Source: Candidatus Hodarchaeum mangrovi
GTDB lineage: Archaea; Asgardarchaeota; Heimdallarchaeia; Hodarchaeales; Hodarchaeaceae
Direction: 5' to 3'
Assembly: GCA_016839515.1 (NCBI GenBank)
Contig: JAEOUE010000280.1
Location: 1-10,584 of the forward strand
DNA length: 10,584 nucleotides
Position numbers and translations under genes: made by a program
Shown: positions 7,747-10,584 of the stretch, in pieces
Layout: each line of letters begins with the position of its first letter
How positions within the stretch are numbered: position 1 is the stretch's first letter
Notes under the pieces: generated by a model
Database searches by the model: none
What the model was told of the DNA's origin: nothing
The model's input: the letters and a program-made list of their open reading frames with translations, nothing else

Positions 7747-7906
7747 TTATGTTTTCTCCAAAGATTTCTCTTGTCTTTTTGCAAAATTTAAGTCAGAGTG
7801 CTCTTAATATGTGCTTGTTTAAAGATATTTTCGTTCTGATTTTAAAAAGCTTTTTTTTGTCGAATAACTAAGCAGTAGTCCTTTAACTGATAAATTATAT
7901 CTTTCC

Positions 7907-8725
7907 TTATTTTAGAAGGAATTCAAGCGAAATCTCAATATTAGGAATACTTCTTCCATCAAAGAAGAGAGTTACTGGAGTAATGCTTATTACTTTTTTC
8001 TTAAGGACAGCATAGGCATCGGTATCTTCAGGTACATCAAGATTATCACCCCAGATCCAATAATATGGCACACCTCTTGGATCTTCTCGTTTAATTGTAT
8101 AATCACGATATTTTGTAAGAGCCATCCTATTAATCTCAATAGGTGTATCTTTTTTCACCGTATCTGGGAAATTAACATTTAGAAAACCTATTCCATCGGG
8201 CATTCCATGACTAAGGACTTTCTCTACAATGCCACAAGCGATTTCTGAGGCAATGGAAAGGCCTAGAGGTTCTGCAGAATCATCAAAAAAGTAATGTTCC
8301 TCGGCACTTATTGAGAATGCAATGCCTGGGTATCCAAGTAATGCAGCTTCAAAACAAACAGCACAGGTTCCAGAGGTTAATATTGAATGAACTGAAGTAT
8401 TGTCTCCCGAATTTATCCCAGCTACTATTAAATCATAAGGAGATGCCCCTCCATTAGATCTCTGATATATTCCGTGTATTACTGCATCAGCTGGGGTTCC
8501 TGTAGTCCTCCAACCAATTTTCCCATTCAGATAAGATAAAGGAATGGGTTCCATTCGAATTGGTTGATCAAAAGTAACACTTTTCCCTTCTCCAGACCTT
8601 TGGGTTCTTGGTGCAATAACTGTGATTTCAAATCCTTTACGATATAAAGCTGTGGCTAGAAATCGAATACCTTTTGAATAAATGCCATCGTCATTACTAA
8701 TAAGTATTGAATAAGGGGATTTCAT
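7907..8725 (-). CDS. surE: 5'/3'-nucleotidase SurE
   Basis: ILISNDDG, VIAP...SGEG, GTPADAV, DLIVAGINSGDN, SGT, FLNVNFP, DPRGVPYYW, TDAYA...ISITP. Confidence 0.96.
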   Translation of the reverse strand: MKSPYSILISNDDGIYSKGIRFLATALYRKGFEITVIAPRTQRSGEGKSVTFDQPIRMEPIPLSYLNGKIGWRTTGTPADAVIHGIYQRSNGGASPYDLIVAGINSGDNTSVHSILTSGTCAVCFEAALLGYPGIAFSISAEEHYFFDDSAEPLGLSIASEIACGIVEKVLSHGMPDGIGFLNVNFPDTVKKDTPIEINRMALTKYRDYTIKREDPRGVPYYWIWGDNLDVPEDTDAYAVLKKKVISITPVTLFFDGRSIPNIEISLEFLLK

Positions 8726-8750
8726 AATTGAATTGATCCATTAAAGAATA

Positions 8751-8758
8751 TACTTAAA
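8751..8758 (-). promoter_or_regulatory. Candidate TATA box of surE
   Basis: Minus-strand TTTAAGTA 26-33 nt upstream of ATG 8725 with no obvious SD motif, consistent with a leaderless or short-leader archaeal transcript. Confidence 0.4.
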
Positions 8759-8761
8759 GAT

Positions 8762-8804
8762 TATTCCAGATGGATTCTAGATATTCCATATTAATTCTAG
8801 ATAT
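8762..8804. repeat. Imperfect 20-bp tandem duplication (four ATTCYAKAT units)
   Basis: TATTCCAGATGGATTCTAGA (8762-8781) vs TATTCCATATTAATTCTAGA (8782-8801): 17/20 identical, followed by TAT. Confidence 0.7.
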
Positions 8805-8990
8805 AATAATTTTATAGAAATTGTATTTATCTATGTATTCAATGAAGAAATTTCTTTTAATCTTAATCAGGCAGAGATTAACTTTATCCCTAAAAAAATT
8901 TAAATAAACTTATAGCTGTTTGATTTTAAAGTTAATGAATGATTTCCTCTTCAAGAGTTTGTGAAAGTAAAGACTAATTCTCTGAAAAAC

Positions 8991-10076
8991 CTATCGGGTT
9001 ACTTTAAAGCTTAAAACTTGATCTCTAAGCTCTCTAAGTTTAGGATCTTTCTCAAAAGCATTTCTAATAGGTTCAACTAGCTTATTTAAATAGAACGCAA
9101 CTCCTTTCTTAAGGTCTTCAGCGTGTAAAGAACCATTTAGGAAGCTTTCCTCTAGTTCTAGGTAACTTGAGAATTCGATGTCTCCTCCGAATTTAATAGG
9201 TCTTTCAATTCTAAAAATATCAAAATTATCGAAAATAAAGTATCGAACATATTCCAGAATTGGATTTTCTTCTACTTTATTAGGGCAATAAGCCTTCTTG
9301 ATTTTTTTCTTAATTTCTGCCTCTGTTTCTGTCATAAATATTGTTGCTTCTGGTTTTGATTTAGACATTTTAAGATCCATAACACGATCTTCAAGAGATT
9401 CATAGGATTCTTTGGGAGCGTTTAATCCAGGTACCATATGGTGACTAATAACAATAGGTTTGGAATTGTAAAGTTTAGGTCCTAGTTCACGAGCCAACAT
9501 ATTGACTTTTCTCTGATCCATTCCTAATTGACAAATATCTACTGGTTGTCCATTATCAATATGGAAAATATCTGCACATTGCATACATGGATAGAGAATT
9601 TGAGAAGCTTGGAGAAACTCAGATTGTTTTCGTCCCATAATTTGAGCGGTTCTTACAATTCGGTTTAGAGTGGAATTTCGTGCTATCTCCATTACTCTTT
9701 TCCAATAATTATCATCTTTGACTAACTCAGAAGCCCAAATAAAATCGATATTTTTTACATCCATACCAGTTTTTTTCCAAATCTCAATTAAGTATTTTCC
9801 AGTGATTTGAATATGCTCAAGATTTCCTTCTAACTTGTTATTTGCCCAACCATGCCAATCGGCAACAAGCATTTTAAATCTTGCACCTGCTTTTATCATT
9901 TTATTAACATTTGATGCCCGTAATATACCTTGTGCAATATGAATTTGTCCACTTGGTTCAAATCCATCATAGGCAGTGAAAGTTTTCTCATTATCTAGGA
10001 GTTCTACTAACTCTTCCTCTGTTACAATTTCTTCACCTACTTTTTTGATAAGATTTAAACGCTCTTCAGTATTCAA
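8991..10076 (-). CDS. tyrS: Tyrosine--tRNA ligase, archaeal/eukaryotic type
   Basis: YDGFEPSG, HIGH-equivalent HIAQ, ADWH, YPCMQCADIF, QLGMDQRK, KMSKS, KIKKAYCP, and an archaeal-type C-terminal anticodon domain (FGGD...LHAEDLK). TTG 10076 (MNTEERLNLI) preceded by GTGTGA is my preferred start over GTG 10085. Confidence 0.96.
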   Translation of the reverse strand: MNTEERLNLIKKVGEEIVTEEELVELLDNEKTFTAYDGFEPSGQIHIAQGILRASNVNKMIKAGARFKMLVADWHGWANNKLEGNLEHIQITGKYLIEIWKKTGMDVKNIDFIWASELVKDDNYWKRVMEIARNSTLNRIVRTAQIMGRKQSEFLQASQILYPCMQCADIFHIDNGQPVDICQLGMDQRKVNMLARELGPKLYNSKPIVISHHMVPGLNAPKESYESLEDRVMDLKMSKSKPEATIFMTETEAEIKKKIKKAYCPNKVEENPILEYVRYFIFDNFDIFRIERPIKFGGDIEFSSYLELEESFLNGSLHAEDLKKGVAFYLNKLVEPIRNAFEKDPKLRELRDQVLSFKVTR

Positions 10077-10201
10077 GTTTATCACACTCAGATATTTTCA
10101 TTTTATTAGGATTGTATCTGGATCTCTATCAATTTAATGGGATTATCTTCCAAATTTCCCGACTTTAAAGAATGGGTTTTAGTTTTCCGATTAAAAAACT
10201 A

Positions 10202-10584
10202 TTAGGAAAATAATTCTTGTTGATCTTTCCAACGATCATCCTTTGATTTATCACCACGATCCCTTAATTTTTTAGCTGGAAGACCAACCCAAACCTCATT
10301 TGGTGGAATCTTTTGTCCTTTTAAAATAGCTGACTTTGCTCCTAGGATAGAGTTATCACCGAGTTCACAGCCACATGCAACAATTGAATAAGTACCTACC
10401 ATACAATTTTTTCCAATCTTAGTAGGACTTACTATAATATTACGACCTTCATTTGCGTGTCCAGTGACAACAGAATTATATCCAATAAAACTATTATCTC
10501 CAATTTCAACTAATCCTGCTGTTTCTATATATGTTCTTGTGGTAATATGAACATTTTTTCCTACTTTCAAGCCATAAAGTCTCA
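10202..10584 (-). CDS. Hexapeptide-repeat (left-handed beta-helix) acyltransferase-like protein, 5' end outside window
   Basis: Repeats VGKNVH, IGDNSF-IGYNSV, IGKNCM-VGTYSI, LGDNSI-LGAKSA and terminal 'WVGLPAK'; the frame stays open (RLYGLKVG) to the window edge, so the ORF-track TTG 10570 is probably internal. Confidence 0.88.
   Translation of the reverse strand, partial: RLYGLKVGKNVHITTRTYIETAGLVEIGDNSFIGYNSVVTGHANEGRNIIVSPTKIGKNCMVGTYSIVACGCELGDNSILGAKSAILKGQKIPPNEVWVGLPAKKLRDRGDKSKDDRWKDQQELFS

Noticed and set aside
7556-7807. 83-aa plus-strand ORF
   Set aside because: Antisense to the more protein-like 2-TM ORF, which is co-oriented with its neighbours.
8762-8804. Repeat as a CRISPR remnant
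   Set aside because: Units are adjacent with no spacers, too short, and no cas genes are in the window.
7845-8957. Short palindromes AAAAAGCTTTTT (7845-7856), AAGAAATTTCTT (8845-8856), CTCTTCAAGAG (8947-8957)
   Set aside because: Short and AT-rich, expected by chance at this composition; no shared consensus.
112-10204. Genome-wide stop-codon reassignment as the explanation for the RDD stops
   Set aside because: TAA, TAG and TGA all end full-length genes here (e.g. TGA at 1554-1556 and 6499-6501; TAA at 535-537 and 7907-7909; TAG at 4888-4890 and 8991-8993), and no other gene is interrupted.

Overview
AT-rich (roughly 30% GC by eye), gene-dense prokaryotic DNA that looks archaeal: it has an archaeal/eukaryotic-type tyrosyl-tRNA synthetase, GGTGA/GGAGG ribosome-binding motifs and TATA-like boxes. 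An Asgard-type origin is plausible but is only my inference. The left half is accessory: a hypothetical protein, two GNAT acetyltransferases, a zinc-ribbon+RDD gene broken by three in-frame stops (the ORF track shows only its last 76 codons), and an M19 dipeptidase divergent from a DinB / membrane protein / C_GCAxxG_C_C operon. The right half is mostly housekeeping: an MJ0936/YfcE metallophosphoesterase, MeaB GTPase, a small membrane protein, SurE, TyrRS and a truncated hexapeptide-repeat acyltransferase. I saw no rRNA, tRNA, CRISPR array or mobile element. The best leads are the stop-interrupted RDD gene with TGA at a CxxC cysteine position, a possible thiol-conjugate (mercapturate-like) detox cluster, a plant/protist-like HIAQG TyrRS, phased direct repeats upstream of surE, and frequent non-ATG starts. 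None is proven to be a new system.
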